Assembly (NCBI GenBank): GCA_037379345.1
Contig: CM074511.1
Coordinates: 45,452,862-45,516,861 of the forward strand
Direction: 5' to 3'
Length of the DNA: 64,000 nt
Source of the DNA: Perna viridis
Taxonomy: Eukaryota
Below are positions 50,096 through 63,821 of this stretch, piece after piece (the stretch's first letter is position 1; each line of letters begins with the position of its first letter). A program made the translations under genes and the position numbers. The notes under the pieces were generated by a model. It was not told where the DNA came from, did not search any database, and saw only the letters and a list, made by a program, of their open reading frames with translations.

Positions 50096-53000
50096 TGGTT
50101 GTCCTTGAGATCGGGTATTGTGTCGATGTGCCAACTACAAAAGTTCTTCCCAAGACCACTAAAGTTGTCAAAACTACAACACTCATCGATACCAATGGCA
50201 CAACAATAAGGATGAATCTAACCAGAACAAAGTGTTTCCCATTCGTTGGTTGTTTCGATAACTTACCACCATTTGACAATGCTGCCCTAGACTTACCCAG
50301 GTCGCCTAAAGAAGTTGGTACTCAAATGCAACTGTTCACAAGAAAAAATCCAAAGACTGGGTTACAACACGGTTATTTCTTGGACTTCATGGATCTGGAC
50401 ACAATAAATAATTCTCCATTTAATCACACACGAAAGACCAAGTTTATCATACATGGTTTTACCAACTCCATAAAGACTCCATGGATCTATGAAATGAAAG
50501 ATGAATTGTTGAAGTTAGTAAGTATAGGTGTTTTTTTTTTCTATTTGTTTATTGTATTCGATTTGCACTTTTTCCACTGTTAGCGTATAGCCTTAAGAGT
50601 ATTCAAGGGAACCAATATACTAGCGGAAATCAAAAGACTGTAATCCAGTGACAAAGACCAGACATGGAAAACAGACACAAAACAAAGAACATAAAATAAC
50701 AAAAATAATACATACAAAGCAACAAAAATTAATGGACAACTCGGACTCCACTAAAAACTGGGAGCATGGTCCAGGTGCACCGATTGGGTAAGAGTCCTCT
50801 GCGTTTCTAGAAACACCTGCATCTGCACATCTAACTTTTTCATGGATCAATAAATTCATAGAAACAGCAAATACAGGAAATCATTATGGACAAAATCCAA
50901 GAAGAAGCAAAACATAAACAAGGACAGATACTGCCAAACCACTGTAAGAGACAATACATAAACAAGGGCTGATACTGGCAAACGACTGTAAGGGACCATA
51001 CATAAACAAGGGCAGATACTGCCAAACCACTGTAAGGGACGATACATAAACAAGGACAGATACTGCCAAACTACTGTAAGGGACAATACATAAACAAGGG
51101 CAGATATTGGCAAACCACTGTAAGAGATAATACATAAACAAGGGCAAATACTGGCAAACCACTGTAAAGGACCATACATAAACAAGGGCAGATACTGGCA
51201 AACGACTGTAAGAGACAATATATAAACAAGGGCAGATACTGGCAAACCACTGGAAAGGACAATACATAAACAAGGGCAGACACTGACAAACCACTGTAAG
51301 AGACAATACATAAACAAAGGCAGATACTGGCAAACCACTATAAGAGACAATACATAAACAAGGGCAGATACTGCCAAACCACTGTAAGGGACAATGTGCG
51401 TTAGTTTTGGTTACTTTCTGTATAATCAAGTCATTTACACAACCAATCAAAAAAGATGTCAATGGCTATTTATTATCTGAAATAAATGTATTGATAATGA
51501 ACTAATATAGTATGTAAAATTATAGGATGACTTTAATGTTATAATTGTGACTTGGGGCCCTGGCGCCACATTCCCTGACTATGACCAGGCAGTAGCTAAC
51601 ACCAGAATGGTGGGTACCCAGATGAGATTAATTATAGATATGATGGTAGACCATGCAAGAGCCAGACTGTCAGACATCCATCTTATTGGTCATAGCCTGG
51701 GGGCACATACAGCTGGTTTCACTGGCTGGTTACTCCATGGACAATTAGGTCGTATAACCGGTAGGTACTGGTAAACACTTCACAACTTAATATTCAAAGT
51801 GAGCTATCTTTTTTTCTGGGTTTGGGAATTCTATATTGCATAACCGGATGATTTTTTGTTGCTGCAGACATTAACAAACTACCTTTCTGCAGGAATGGAT
51901 GCAGCCGAGCCTGATTTTGAGCACCATCCAATTGAAATTCGACTAGATTCGACAGATGCTAAGTTTGTGGATGTCATACATACCAATGGAGCGTCTATCA
52001 GTTCAGGTGGTGCTGGACTAATGGAAGCATCAGGTCATGTAGACTTTTATGTAAACGGTGGAGAAGTTCAACCTGATTGTCCTAACCAGTTGTCAGGAGC
52101 ACTCAGTGGTCTGTTTGGTGGAGGAGTAAAAGGTGAGGTTATTAAACTGAAAAGAAAATAAACAACTTTTTTTTTGAAACTTCGAATTTTAATGATTACC
52201 GCTATAACCTTGGTTCCCTTGATCACTCTTTCATATACTTTTAAGCGGTGACAACCTAAACCGCTAAGGATAACTATACTAAACGATTAACTTTACAAAT
52301 AATGTAAGATATAAGTATTTAAATGTTCAAAATTAGTTAGTTGAGCTGATATTGACCAAATGAACTTTTCTGTTTTAAGGTGCTGCTGAAGCTGTTGCAT
52401 GCAGTCACTCTCGTTCTCATGAAGTGTTTGCAGAATCTATTAACACGGCATGTCCATTTACAGCATACCCATGTAAATCATTCGTGAGTGCTAGTCTATT
52501 AATACAAATCTTATGTAAATAGTAATTGTATTTAAAACATAAAAGACAAGAAAAGGAGTTGCTTTAATCAGTTAATCTCCATGATCGCGCCAAGAATGTT
52601 TGACGTTTTATCATACTAAAAAATGGGAATATTAAAAATATATATGTAGTACATCGAACGAATGAGACTTAATGGGTTCGACTAGGGATTCATTGAGATA
52701 TGTTGATTATTCGCTATCCGTTTGGACGAAGTCCAAGTCGGCTACAGGATTCTAGTTTATTTATCTGTTTGTTGCATATTTGTCACCCATATAATGGGTC
52801 GGTCTATACTATAGGGTTATTAAATGGTTATTTTCATATTAATCCTGTATTATGTCCAAGTACAGTCGTATTGAGTTGAGATCACAAGTTTAACTTTTAT
52901 ACAGGGCCAGAATTAATACAGGGCATGTGCCCTGTATTAAATTAATACAGGGCAATTGCCCTGTATAAATTATGGTTGCTAAAACCTCCTGTTGTATTAA

Positions 53001-55303
53001 AGGGGCAATTTACATTGTATTTTAAGTCATCAGTTAATAATGTGCAATATTAAATGGTGCTGACCTCATAATTTACTCTTAAGTCAAATTTACTATGTTA
53101 GAAGCCGAAACAAATTATTTTTATCAGATTTGTGTTATCCTTGTCTTTTGGTTTACAAATGGTCTTGGGGTATTCATTGATTTTACGGTAGCATTACCAC
53201 CGGTTAATATTAGACGATACAGACAGCTTTTTTTCAATCATTATCGTCACGTGATAATGAAATTACGTGATTTGGGGGATAAAATATATCTTTCATAAAA
53301 TGCTATAGTGTGTTATAAATCTTTACACGGTAAAACAAATTAATTTGCTTTAAATTTGATTGTTTTTCAGGATGAGTTTAACAAGGGAAACTGTTTAAGT
53401 TGTGAACCGAATGGGTGTTCTCAATTAGGTTACTTTGCAGATATGTATCATGCTCGGGGAAAACTTTACCTTAATACCAGACTGAAAAAGCCTTTCTGTG
53501 GTAATTATAGTACCCATACGCTTACATTCGCATATTTAAGTATCAATCGATACAAAATTCAAGCACTGCCTATGGTAGTTGTGATTCATAGTAGAGAAAA
53601 CCCCACTGAACTGGGTCTACCGTTGCTATATTTTACATTACGATAGTCCTTTCGGTGTTCAGATCTGTATTTTTGAGAAAACCATACAATCATCTCCCAC
53701 AACAATCTACCATCCAAATCAAGAATGATAACTCTCGGCAAAATGCCAATTTCATACAAAATCATTGTATTTTTTTTTATCTCGAAAGTGCAATAACCGA
53801 AAGACAAACTAAGATCGGTCATGTGATCTGTAACAGAATCTTCCTCAAAAATATCATTAAGTCATTTTGTTTCCTTATTCGAGTTATTATGCGTGTTCTC
53901 TGACATGTCTGCTTGCTATCTATTGATGTTTATACCATGCTTAGTTTTCATTTTTATACTTTTCTATAGATGAAAACTAGGCATAGTATAAACAGCAATA
54001 AATAGCAAGCAGACATGTCAGAGAACACGCATAACTCAAATATGGAAACAAAATGATTTAATGATATTTTTGAGGAAAATTTTTAAAAAAATCCTGGTCC
54101 CAAGTGCCTGTGGAATAAAAGTCAATTTATTTTTGACATGCAAATTTAACTCAATGTCGTTTAATGAAAATCCAGTCTGCTAAGTATTGTGAATATTTGG
54201 TAAATTATTATTATAATGTCTTAATTGCAGGATTTCACTATGTAATAAAATTGGTGTCAGGGGCAACTACAAGCTACGGATCTATAAAAGTTAGATTACA
54301 TGGAAATTTTGGTACTACTGACTGGATCACATATATAGAGTAATTATGGCGGTAACTTATTCCTAGCGTAAATAGAAAGGTTCTCATCACATTTCTATGG
54401 TAGACTTGCACATACTGACAATATAAGTATAAGATAAGACAATATTTTATATATGATTTGTCATTGTGCGTGTAAATAATTCAGATGGAAATATGTCGGG
54501 GGGGGAACAACAGATTTCCTATTCATTTCGATAGTATAGTCTCTTATAAAATATTTCATTCTAGATTAAAATGTAAGTTTACCTTCTTTACTGCTGGTTG
54601 TTCCGTTGACCATTTTCAACATCGTTAATTTACTATTTTGTATTTAGGTTATGCGCAGGTGCAAATGTTGTATTTCACCATATTCATTCTTTTTTTTCAT
54701 ATCGTTATTATAATACATACATTGGCAGCAATGATGAACTGACGAAACTGAAGTCATACAGTAAAATGATTATCTCCCCAATTGAGGTGGGAGAAATACA
54801 GAGTGTAGAACTGCAATACGTTAAAAGACCAACAAGCTTTTTGCATTGGTTTGGCGGAGAAGATAATTATAATGTAGTATCTTTCGAAGTTACTTCAGGG
54901 GAGATTGGTGGCACGTAAGATGTCTTTTTTCTATTATTTTTATTTATTTTATAATTTTTTTTTCTGATAGATAAAAGAAAAAAACATTAAAAGTGTGCCA
55001 ATATACATTATTGCAAATAAACGTCATATACTTGTATATTTATTATCAATTTTTTTGCATTTTAAAACTAGAATTATCATTGTGATAAAATTAAAAAGAA
55101 TGATAAAAAAAACCTTAAACGTGAAACACTAACAACTTGAAAACAATTTTTTAATACATGAATCGACCTGTCTGTAGAAATGAAATAATCATATACTTAA
55201 AAGAAGTTTTTTTTTGTATAGATATCACTACTGTCTTCGTGGGAATCCCTTGGTGGACAAACGAGTCGTTACAGCCACAAAATCACAGGCGGGGTCTTGT
55301 TAA
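50096..55303 (+). CDS. Pancreatic lipase-related protein (lipase domain + PLAT domain); first exon not identified
   Basis: Exons 50096-50517, 51526-51760, 51893-52132, 52380-52483, 53371-53500, 54231-54339, 54729-54914, 55222-55303, all GT-AG with matching phases. Motifs CFxxVGCF, LPRSP, TKFIIHGF, HLIGHSLGAH (Ser), RITGMDAAEP (Asp), DAKFVDVIHT, GHVDFYVNGG..QPDC, ACSH (His). AATAAA 55318. Confidence 0.93.
50596..50820 (-). mobile_element. Penelope-like terminal repeat in lipase intron
   Basis: Matches the 42.65-43.41 kb unit; a further 3'-end scrap at ~52190-52230 (+). Confidence 0.85.
50913..51395. repeat. 44-bp minisatellite, ~11 copies
   Basis: ACATAAACAAGGGCAGATACTGGCAAACCACTGTAAGAGACAAT repeated; it explains the repetitive minus-strand ORFs at 50840-51462. 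Confidence 0.95.
53841..54077. repeat. Long inverted repeat (~110-bp arms, ~18-nt spacer) in lipase intron
   Basis: 53841-53951 is the reverse complement of 53970-54077 with few mismatches. Confidence 0.9.
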
Positions 55304-58300
55304 ACATCAGAAAAGACAATAAATAAGTTCAATTTACACATTCCAATATGTTGAAAATCAAAGTGCTGAGGCACTGAGTCAAGGAAGACCTAATAAATAT
55401 TCATGTAACCAAATTGCAAGCTAAAAAAAACGATAAAAAAATTAGTCATTTTAAAGAGAACCATCTGTTTCAATGAAATGCATATCAATACTGCTTGTTT
55501 ATTAATGCATTTATGGATCTTCTTTTCTTTTGTTGTTTTTGTTATTTCTGACTGTGTACGTTTATGTCCTAAAATTTCTTGACACTTTACACCTAAACCA
55601 GCATTTCTTCAAAAATATGATCTCCACTGTGAATCACTGACTATCAATATTATATGGATTTTCAAAGTAAGAAAAAATCCACACTTTGAAATACCGGGTT
55701 CGAGATGCATGAAGTAGAAATAAATCCTGTGGACTAGGAGAGCTAGGTTGACCAAAGACCTAATCTAAAGGGAGAAATGAGAAAAAAAAAGTTCTCCTTG
55801 TTCGTGCTCTCTTTGATAGTGATTTGTAATAGATTAAATGAACAAATGTGTCAATATTGTTAGTTTTCAAACAGAATTTACTAAAGCCTGTCCTTGTCAT
55901 TGTTGTCTAGATTAGGCCATGAGTTGAAAATGTCAAAACTATACACTTTTTTTACAATAAATAATTACTTTTCTCTAAGAATGTTTCAATTCAAACAAGG
56001 ATACAAACTCTTGTTATCAAAACTACTATGCAGTTTAAAAATCTTTAAACTAAACATATATTTTAGCAATTCAAGGTTCCAATCAAGATGGAAAGTCAAG
56101 GATAAATAGATGTAGTGAATACAGGAAATATTTTGTCTTTCTTTATAACAAATGCACTTTGAATATAAATCCATCTTTTCTACTTTCCAAAACAAAAAGG
56201 TTACTATTGAACCCATGAGTACCACTATTTATGATGAATCATTATTGCGCTTAAGCAGAGTGTTTTATAACTGTCTGCCTTCAATAATGTATGTGCATTT
56301 CTTTCATTTTTTTTCTGCATGATGATTTCACCGATGTGTATTATAATAAAATACAAATAACTCTTATGTTTTGCCAACAAATAAGTGCTACGAAATCAGA
56401 CTTCATATTTGTAGTTTTTATTAAGAGATGTTGACATGTACCAGCACTTGAGAATCATGAACTTTGTTTCATGCCTAAATAGTGTCACAGCACAAAAATA
56501 GTTCATTTTGCTTTTGCTTTCTTCTCGCTACATCTAGTGAAACTTTAAAAGGGATTACCACTGAAAACAAATCAAGGAAAAGATGATATCAGTGCCTATG
56601 ATAATTGCAAAATGTTACAATATGTAAATGCATGAAAATATACATGTATTTTAGCCACATCATATCGAAGTACAAAAACCTCCTCTGGATGAGAAATATT
56701 CTTACATGTACATATAATTGTGTGGAAAATCAGGCAAAAGTAGAGGTTGGGTGGTTATCATTGTCCCAGGTTTTTACTGGTTTTAAGCCACCTTGTCAGT
56801 ACTGGTTGGTTGAAATTTTGCAAACAGTATTTCTGTAGCATTATAATTTCTGTCCTACATTATAAAAAGTTAATACAATAAATATATATTATATTTTAGT
56901 GTTCTGAAATGTTATTCTTAAAATACCTCTACCAGCTCTCTTAATTAAGAAAAAATAGACACTTCTTTCTCTAAAATATCTCAAATTTATCTCAAATAAA
57001 ACCTAACAAAGATGCCAACTCCCCCCCCTACCCCCGCGCTCTCACTGTAATCATAAACATTAAAACTATACTTACGTTTTTGGTACATCACAAAAAACGT
57101 ACATTGCAGCTCCGAAAATCCGTTATTACAAGCAATAGATCTTTACAGTCATGATAGTAGTCTACATTTAACTCCTTGGTAAGATTGACAAACAATTAAC
57201 ACTTTCAAACCTACAGGACCCATCTTGTAATGGTAGACATTAACAATATACTAACAACTCAAAGAGTGTACATTGCAGGTAAAAACAATCCGTCATTAAA
57301 AACTTCCGACATCTTTTTGTGAATGTTTGAACGGGTTGGTCGAATAACAAAAGACCTCGGTATTAACCGAAAACCAGATTGAAAATCCGAAAACCTCAAT
57401 CAAAACACGTTTTTGGGTGGTATAATTGCTCACTGTGTTATTTAAATACGCTTGCAAATAAGTTTTTTATTAATATTCCAGCACTTTCTAGATACCTAAA
57501 GAAAGTCTGTAATAATCAATAGAGCGTCAGTACTTTGAAATTAGTAACTTGTCCTTCCAACGCCACATTGTTTTCGGTTATTGGAGGTACCGTTTTGACC
57601 TGCGTCAGGTCAATTAGAAAAAATAGTCCTGCTTGGTAAGACAAAATTCAAATAGTTCAAGATAAGCACATAATCATAGAAATATTGCAATTCAACAAAT
57701 ATTACAAAAGCTTTGATGTCATACTACTTCAATCTCTTACGAGAAATAAAGCATCACATATTGATGGGCGACGGAGCGATATACTAACATAACTTTGCAA
57801 GGTGGAGAGGGGGGGTAAAGAGAACAGACCGCGGAATATTTAGGCAGTTCCGTGTGGCTATATACACTTCCGGTTGAATCCCACTTGCCGACGATCTACA
57901 AGTCAAGTTCAGGTTATAAATAGCCTTCCTCGACAAAAGCTACATATATGATGTTTCAAACTTTTGTTAGTCAAAATTTGCCTTGTGGTGATAAGACGAT
58001 CGTGATCTATATTACTTTGTTTGAATATCAAGTTTGAAATACTTGACAATACAGATTAAACCAGTAATTTAAGTGTTCTCCAACATCAAATGTATGTCAT
58101 AATAAGGTCTATGACTTTGGTAAATACCCTAAACCGTTAAACAACAGGTAAACAGTTTTCTTAAGAACATTTTTACCTTTAGTCACATGATGTATACCGA
58201 CTAGAAGGAAGTTAAAATGTTTTGATGGACGAAACTGTAAAACTTTAGAAAAGTTAAAAGGTTAAGACCGGTAGATGAAGTGTACTTGCTGTAACGTGCG

Positions 58301-58508
58301 AGTGATGTTTAATGTATATAAAATGAAACTTAATAACCCACTTGAAAAACTCATCCGGAAAGGACTATAATTTTAAGTGAAGTCAGTTTGGACGTAAACT
58401 GAACATGATATATACATGTACACGGTAACATTGATATTGAAATGTGTTTGAATAAATTGCGATTTATATGTGGGAATTGCTTGGTTTGGTGATAGAATTA
58501 CCATAATA

Positions 58509-61500
58509 ATGGAGGAGGTAAGGAAATATTAATTCAGGTATTAAATGACTGAATGTTTAAAACAAGGAAGTCATATCTATATAGGACAAAGGTATCTGAT
58601 GTGTTGAATAAATGATAAATGTAAGAAACGTATAAATGATGTGTAGATCTTTTTTACGTGTTGACTACACCCCTTATATGACTATTTTATAAAATGTCAT
58701 GTTTTTAAAATCGTTTGAAAAATTTGTGGCTGTTAGTGGTCTAGCTAAGTAGAACATGCGTATCATATGATTCAAGTCTTACCCCTTCAGTTTTAATATA
58801 GTATTACAAAACGTGTAGTTAATAGTGTTCTATAGGGTTTCAAAAATTGGCACACTGAGTTCAGTATGTTTCCTTATTTGTGTACCATTGAGTTTTTCTG
58901 TGCGTAATCTGGGTGATATGTGTTATCGCGATCGGTGTCCTATCATTTAAAGGAGGAACGGAACATTACCTTTTCCTATCTTCTAAAATTACTTGACTTA
59001 TGCCTGTGTGCAATAAAAAGGATGTGTCCTATCTAATATATTTGAAATTGAAATTATTTAAAGCATATAGACACAATACAATATTGTTATTTGTAAAACA
59101 AATAAGTTGGATTTTGAATAAAAGCCTAGCAGGCCGAGTGACCAAAAATTTGCATCGCTGGGAATTTTTCAGACCCTTCTATTTATATATTTGATGCATT
59201 TGTAATGAAAAAAAATTGGAGTCCTATCAGAATACAGGGGGAAAGAAGGGTATGTCCTATTGCATTTTGCACATGTCCAACTCGCCAATAAATATTGACC
59301 GGTCCCTTGATTATTTGAAATAAACGCTATTAAAATCCTATAGTGTTACGGAATTAATGAAAGTTTGAATAGTACGAAATTTGCCCCTCGGTGCATTGAC
59401 AGAACTTATAAATCGTAACTATAAGTTTACCATAAAACAGTGATAAGACTAGAAATTCTGAAAAAAAAGGGAGTGGCAATTTCAGTGATTTTCAGCTCTT
59501 TTCTATACAATCCGCCAAACATTTCAGTCAAAAGACCATCCCCTTCCTTGGATCAGCCTATCAAAAGGTAAGTGGTACACTACCGAAGTGGTGTTTTTAT
59601 CACATTGCTTGTGGTACACTGTCAGAATGGTGTTTTTATTGCAATGTATTGTGGTGCACTGTAAATTTGGTGTTTATTTTATAACAATGTCTCGTATTAC
59701 ACTATCAAAATGGTGTTTATTTTATTACAATGTCTTGTGGTACAATGTCGAAGTGGGGATTTTTATAAAAATGTCTATCCCACTACCTGTTTGTAAACAT
59801 TTATATGTATGACAAATGGAAAGATATTTCTGTACCCGTCCCGCTACAGGGCATTGTCGTTATATAATAAATCAGTATTGAATGTTGGAAAAACATCTTA
59901 TACATATTTATTTTTCCATGCATCTGGTTTGGAAAATTTTGTTTCATTTATATGTAAATATAAATTTCAAATTTGCGTTGATTTTATTTGTTCAGGATTT
60001 CCTGTATAAGTAAGTTATAAAAAGGTACTCATAATAAACTTAATTCAAAGATGTTGACTTGATAATGTTCAGCTTTTAGATATGTATGTCAAATTCGTTA
60101 CAAAAAATGAAAAGTTTTGCATGTCCATTGGTATCCCCAAAAGCGATGTACACTATAATTCTAACAAGATGTTACTGTGACTTGTTGACTTTGTTAATGG
60201 CAAATGTGTTAGTTGAGATAGCAGTACTGGTATAAACACTGTAATGCCAAGAATTTTTGAGATATTTTAAAATATTTTTTAAGAGTAATTAGGTGTTATG
60301 ATCATCTTAACATGCACAATCGTATATATGGCTGTTGTTAAAGAGGAAATTCGCTTCCGGAACTATCCGCCTGCCCTTGAAACATTACTTTGCCTGTAAT
60401 CTAAATGTCACGAATTGACATTTTAGTTCAAATTTTATATATACATGTATATTATATATATATGATATATTTCAAACGGCTTTGTCACTGTTTGATAGAT
60501 GCAGGTTAATGTAAGCGACTTTTTTGCCTTAGAATTAGCCTCGACTCCTTTTTTTTAATCTTATTTTTCCTATCCTTTTGATTTTACTTACTACCAAAAG
60601 AGGAAGATCTAGGCGTCATGGTCCAGCACACTAAATACTCTATAAACCTCCAGATTTGGGAATATCCATGAGGAGTTACATTTCCGTATTTATAATTTGT
60701 ATATCTTACATGTTCTGGACGAATGATTCACTATACTTTATACAAGGAAGTATTTACCGTCCACCAAGTGATGTGTGGATTTATTCTTGATTTTTATTTC
60801 ACTTTGATGGAATGATGCTGTTATACCACTGTAAGTATAACTTTTGCCAGTCTTGATATCTCTGAAATGTGTCTAATCGCAAGCCTAATATGACGAAATC
60901 ATGATGCTACACGTACTTTTACTTTCAATTATGGCAATACAAGAACAAAAATGGCCCTTAAATCTGTTATGCTGGGGTCATAAAAAATTATTTTTCGGTG
61001 CTTAGACCGCCAGGAACTTAACAAATATGCTTTAATATCATAACAAAAGACTTGCTTTGTACCAATTATATCCTAGAAAAACAACGATTTCCCTAGATAC
61101 CTGAAAATTTGCCTCAAACTATATTGTGAACATTAGACATGTAAATATTATGTAAATATTTACAAATAAACCACACACAAATCTGTCAAACTTGTCGAAA
61201 TAAATGTGTAAAGAGGACAGTCATTTGAAAACGGCGTGAAGAAATACATACATACACACATACATACATAAATACATATATATAAGTGCCATGTCATTTT
61301 GTCATGTTTATATGCATTCATACACTCATTGTGATCATTTTAAATGTTAGCGTACAGCTGTACAAAATAGATTTGAGGAAATTATTTATAATAATAACAC
61401 TCCAGAATCTCTCCAGAAACAGTGAACATTTTGTCGAGGTGGGCGTTGATGAGTTTATTACGAAGCTCATAATCAAATTGAATCAACTGTAATTGCGTCA

Positions 61501-63821
61501 TATGAAGTTGAATACTCCAGTACTTCTGGTGTAATGGTCCACGAAAATAGGAGAAAGTAGATCTGAAATGTTCCTATGACAGTCATACCAAACTTCATAT
61601 AAACGAAAACTCTAGAGCTTTGATACTTTTTGATGGAATGGTCCACGAAAATAAGAGAAAGTAGATTTGAATTGTTCGAATGTCAGTCATACTAAAACTC
61701 CATACAATTGAAACTTGGTTACAGAAACATTACATTTAGTACTTATAGAGTTGATATTCAAGTTGGCTTCACTCTCAGTTTGATAAAACTTATAATAATT
61801 TAAATTGCGTACGTTTGTCATTGTTATGTTGTCTTCCTGGTTGTGTGGTCTTTTCAAATACTTTAAGTTATAACAATTTCCCTAGAATATACAATTGTAT
61901 GTCAACATTTACTATTGTTGTACTTGTATTAACCAGTATCATTGTTATGTAATGTGGCCATCATTTGTTTTTGAAAGTTAAAATCTGTCTTTTTGTGTAA
62001 AGTGGTTTATACGATACATTTGAACTTAGGAAAGTATTCGAACGCGTACAAATTCCAAGAATGAATCAATTATACAAAATTTAAGTAAAAAATTATTGTG
62101 TCGGCATATTTTTCGCATTTGTACACATTTTGATAAGCGATTCTTTAAATCTAGTTTCTTGCTCTTAGTTAAAGAAACATCAGGTTAGGATTTTTCTTGC
62201 TCTTAGTTAAAGAAACATCAGGTTAGGATTACAACGTTAACACTTTTAGATTCATATCTTTATAATCAACATGTGGATACACCAGGAAATGTTACAAGTT
62301 TGATTTATCACGTATTCTTCGATGGTTTGAAATGCAATGTACGCGTTAAGGGAGCAATCATTGTATTTTTATTGGGAGGGGAATTAGGATCAAACTTTCT
62401 TTCTTGCCTTTTTATTTTGAAAAAAAAAATAGATCCTGCCTTTTTTTCGGTGCCAAGAGGTTAAAAAGCAAGTACTAGTAACGCCACGAGTGTAGTAAAA
62501 ATACAATATATTATTGATGCAAATGAGTGCCCGGTCGACACAATATATATCACTTGAAAATGTACTAGAACTACTGAAACTCCTTTATTATAACATTGTA
62601 CTTCTGCAATGAATAAATATCTTGCTTTATAGGATGACGACCAAGATATTTACGACGACGGTACCAGTATTACCAATAATACCTCGGTAGGACGAATTAA
62701 GTCAATGTTCGAACCGGCTTTGCAGGGCCCAAAGCCCAACCTCCCAACAAAACCATCATCAAAGCCCGCTCCTCCGAAACGATCTGATAACACAAAACTA
62801 CAAAATGGAGGAGGTGACAAACAGTCGTCACTAAAACGTTCTGAAGATTCAAAACTAAATGGAGATGTGCAATTGACGCCTATAAACAAATTTCTTCCGA
62901 ATAAGACTGGAACAATGACAAGCGATAAAAACAAGGATGAAAATTCTAATGTTAAACAAAATAGTGGTAATGTAAGTTTGAACTCCAATATTGTTTCGAA
63001 ATTCAATAGTATACGGAATAAACTTGAAGGTCCGGAAATACCATTTACGAAACCTCCATGGCAAAAACCGACGAACACCTGTCCAAAACCGACGGATACA
63101 AGTCCAAAACCGGCGGATACAAGTCCAAAACTGACGGAAACATTTCCAAAACCGTCAGATCTTAAAAGACCAGTCGGTAAATTACCTCTGGAAGGGACTT
63201 TAACTAGTCGAGTTATATCATTCGAAAATACCAAAAAAGATGATACATCAGACAATAGGCAAGCTCCAACAAAGCCAATTCTTTCTAACAAAGTTTCAGG
63301 CATTGCTGACAAGATAGCCACGATCTCTGAAAAACCAAAGTTTCCTCCTAAAATTGACAATAAACCGCCAGTGACTGCGAAATCGGAGAGTAAACCTCCA
63401 GGCACCCCAACAAAACCAGTTCAGTCTAACAAACCAAAAACATTTTCCACTGTGTCTCCAACATTGCCTGTTAGTGAAGACAATGAATTTTTGATGAAAA
63501 TTAAAAAGCGAAAAGAGAGTATAGATCAGATGACCACTAGTGAACCAAAGCAACAAAATAACGATACAAAAGGGGGCAGTGTAACGTCGAATAAGACGGA
63601 GGACTGTGAAGTTCAACTACGTGGTAAACAAAGACAGGTTTCCGTGAAGCACCGTAAATCCATAACTAGAGTAGTGGACAAAAAGAAATTTTTTCTTGTT
63701 GAGTTTTCTAATTCGGATACTTCAACTGCAGACAAACCTCCTCAAAAACCACAGAAACTTCCTCATGTTGACTTAGACAGTATTGTTTCTGAGTATAAAA
63801 AGAAGTTTATGTCCACAGACG
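58509..63821 (+). CDS. Proline-rich adaptor, FYN-binding protein (FYB/ADAP)-like, 5' part (continues beyond the window)
   Basis: Large exon 62633-63821 (AG acceptor, GTAAGC donor): acidic DIYDD tyrosine motif, many PxxPxK motifs and KPPQKPQKLPHVDL resembling the FYB PPPKPxRPPxVDL segment. Tentative first exon ATGGAGGAG|GTAAGG at 58509-58517 is in phase. Family assignment by motif resemblance only. Confidence 0.6.
59572..59776. repeat. Degenerate ~40-43-bp tandem repeat, ~5 copies
   Basis: GTGGTACACT....(A/G)TGGTGTTT..TTAT..CAATGTCT repeated. Confidence 0.8.
61500..61710. repeat. Direct duplication, ~105-bp period
   Basis: ATGGTCCACGAAAATA(G/A)GAGAAAGTAGAT...CAGTCATAC occurs twice. Confidence 0.8.
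62155..62230. repeat. 38-bp perfect tandem duplication
   Basis: TTTCTTGCTCTTAGTTAAAGAAACATCAGGTTAGGATT x2. Confidence 0.9.

Noticed and set aside
50840-51462. Long hydrophobic/Cys-rich minus-strand ORFs
   Set aside because: Translations of the 44-bp minisatellite.
62650-63405. 251-aa minus-strand ORF
   Set aside because: Antisense shadow of the Pro/Lys-rich exon.
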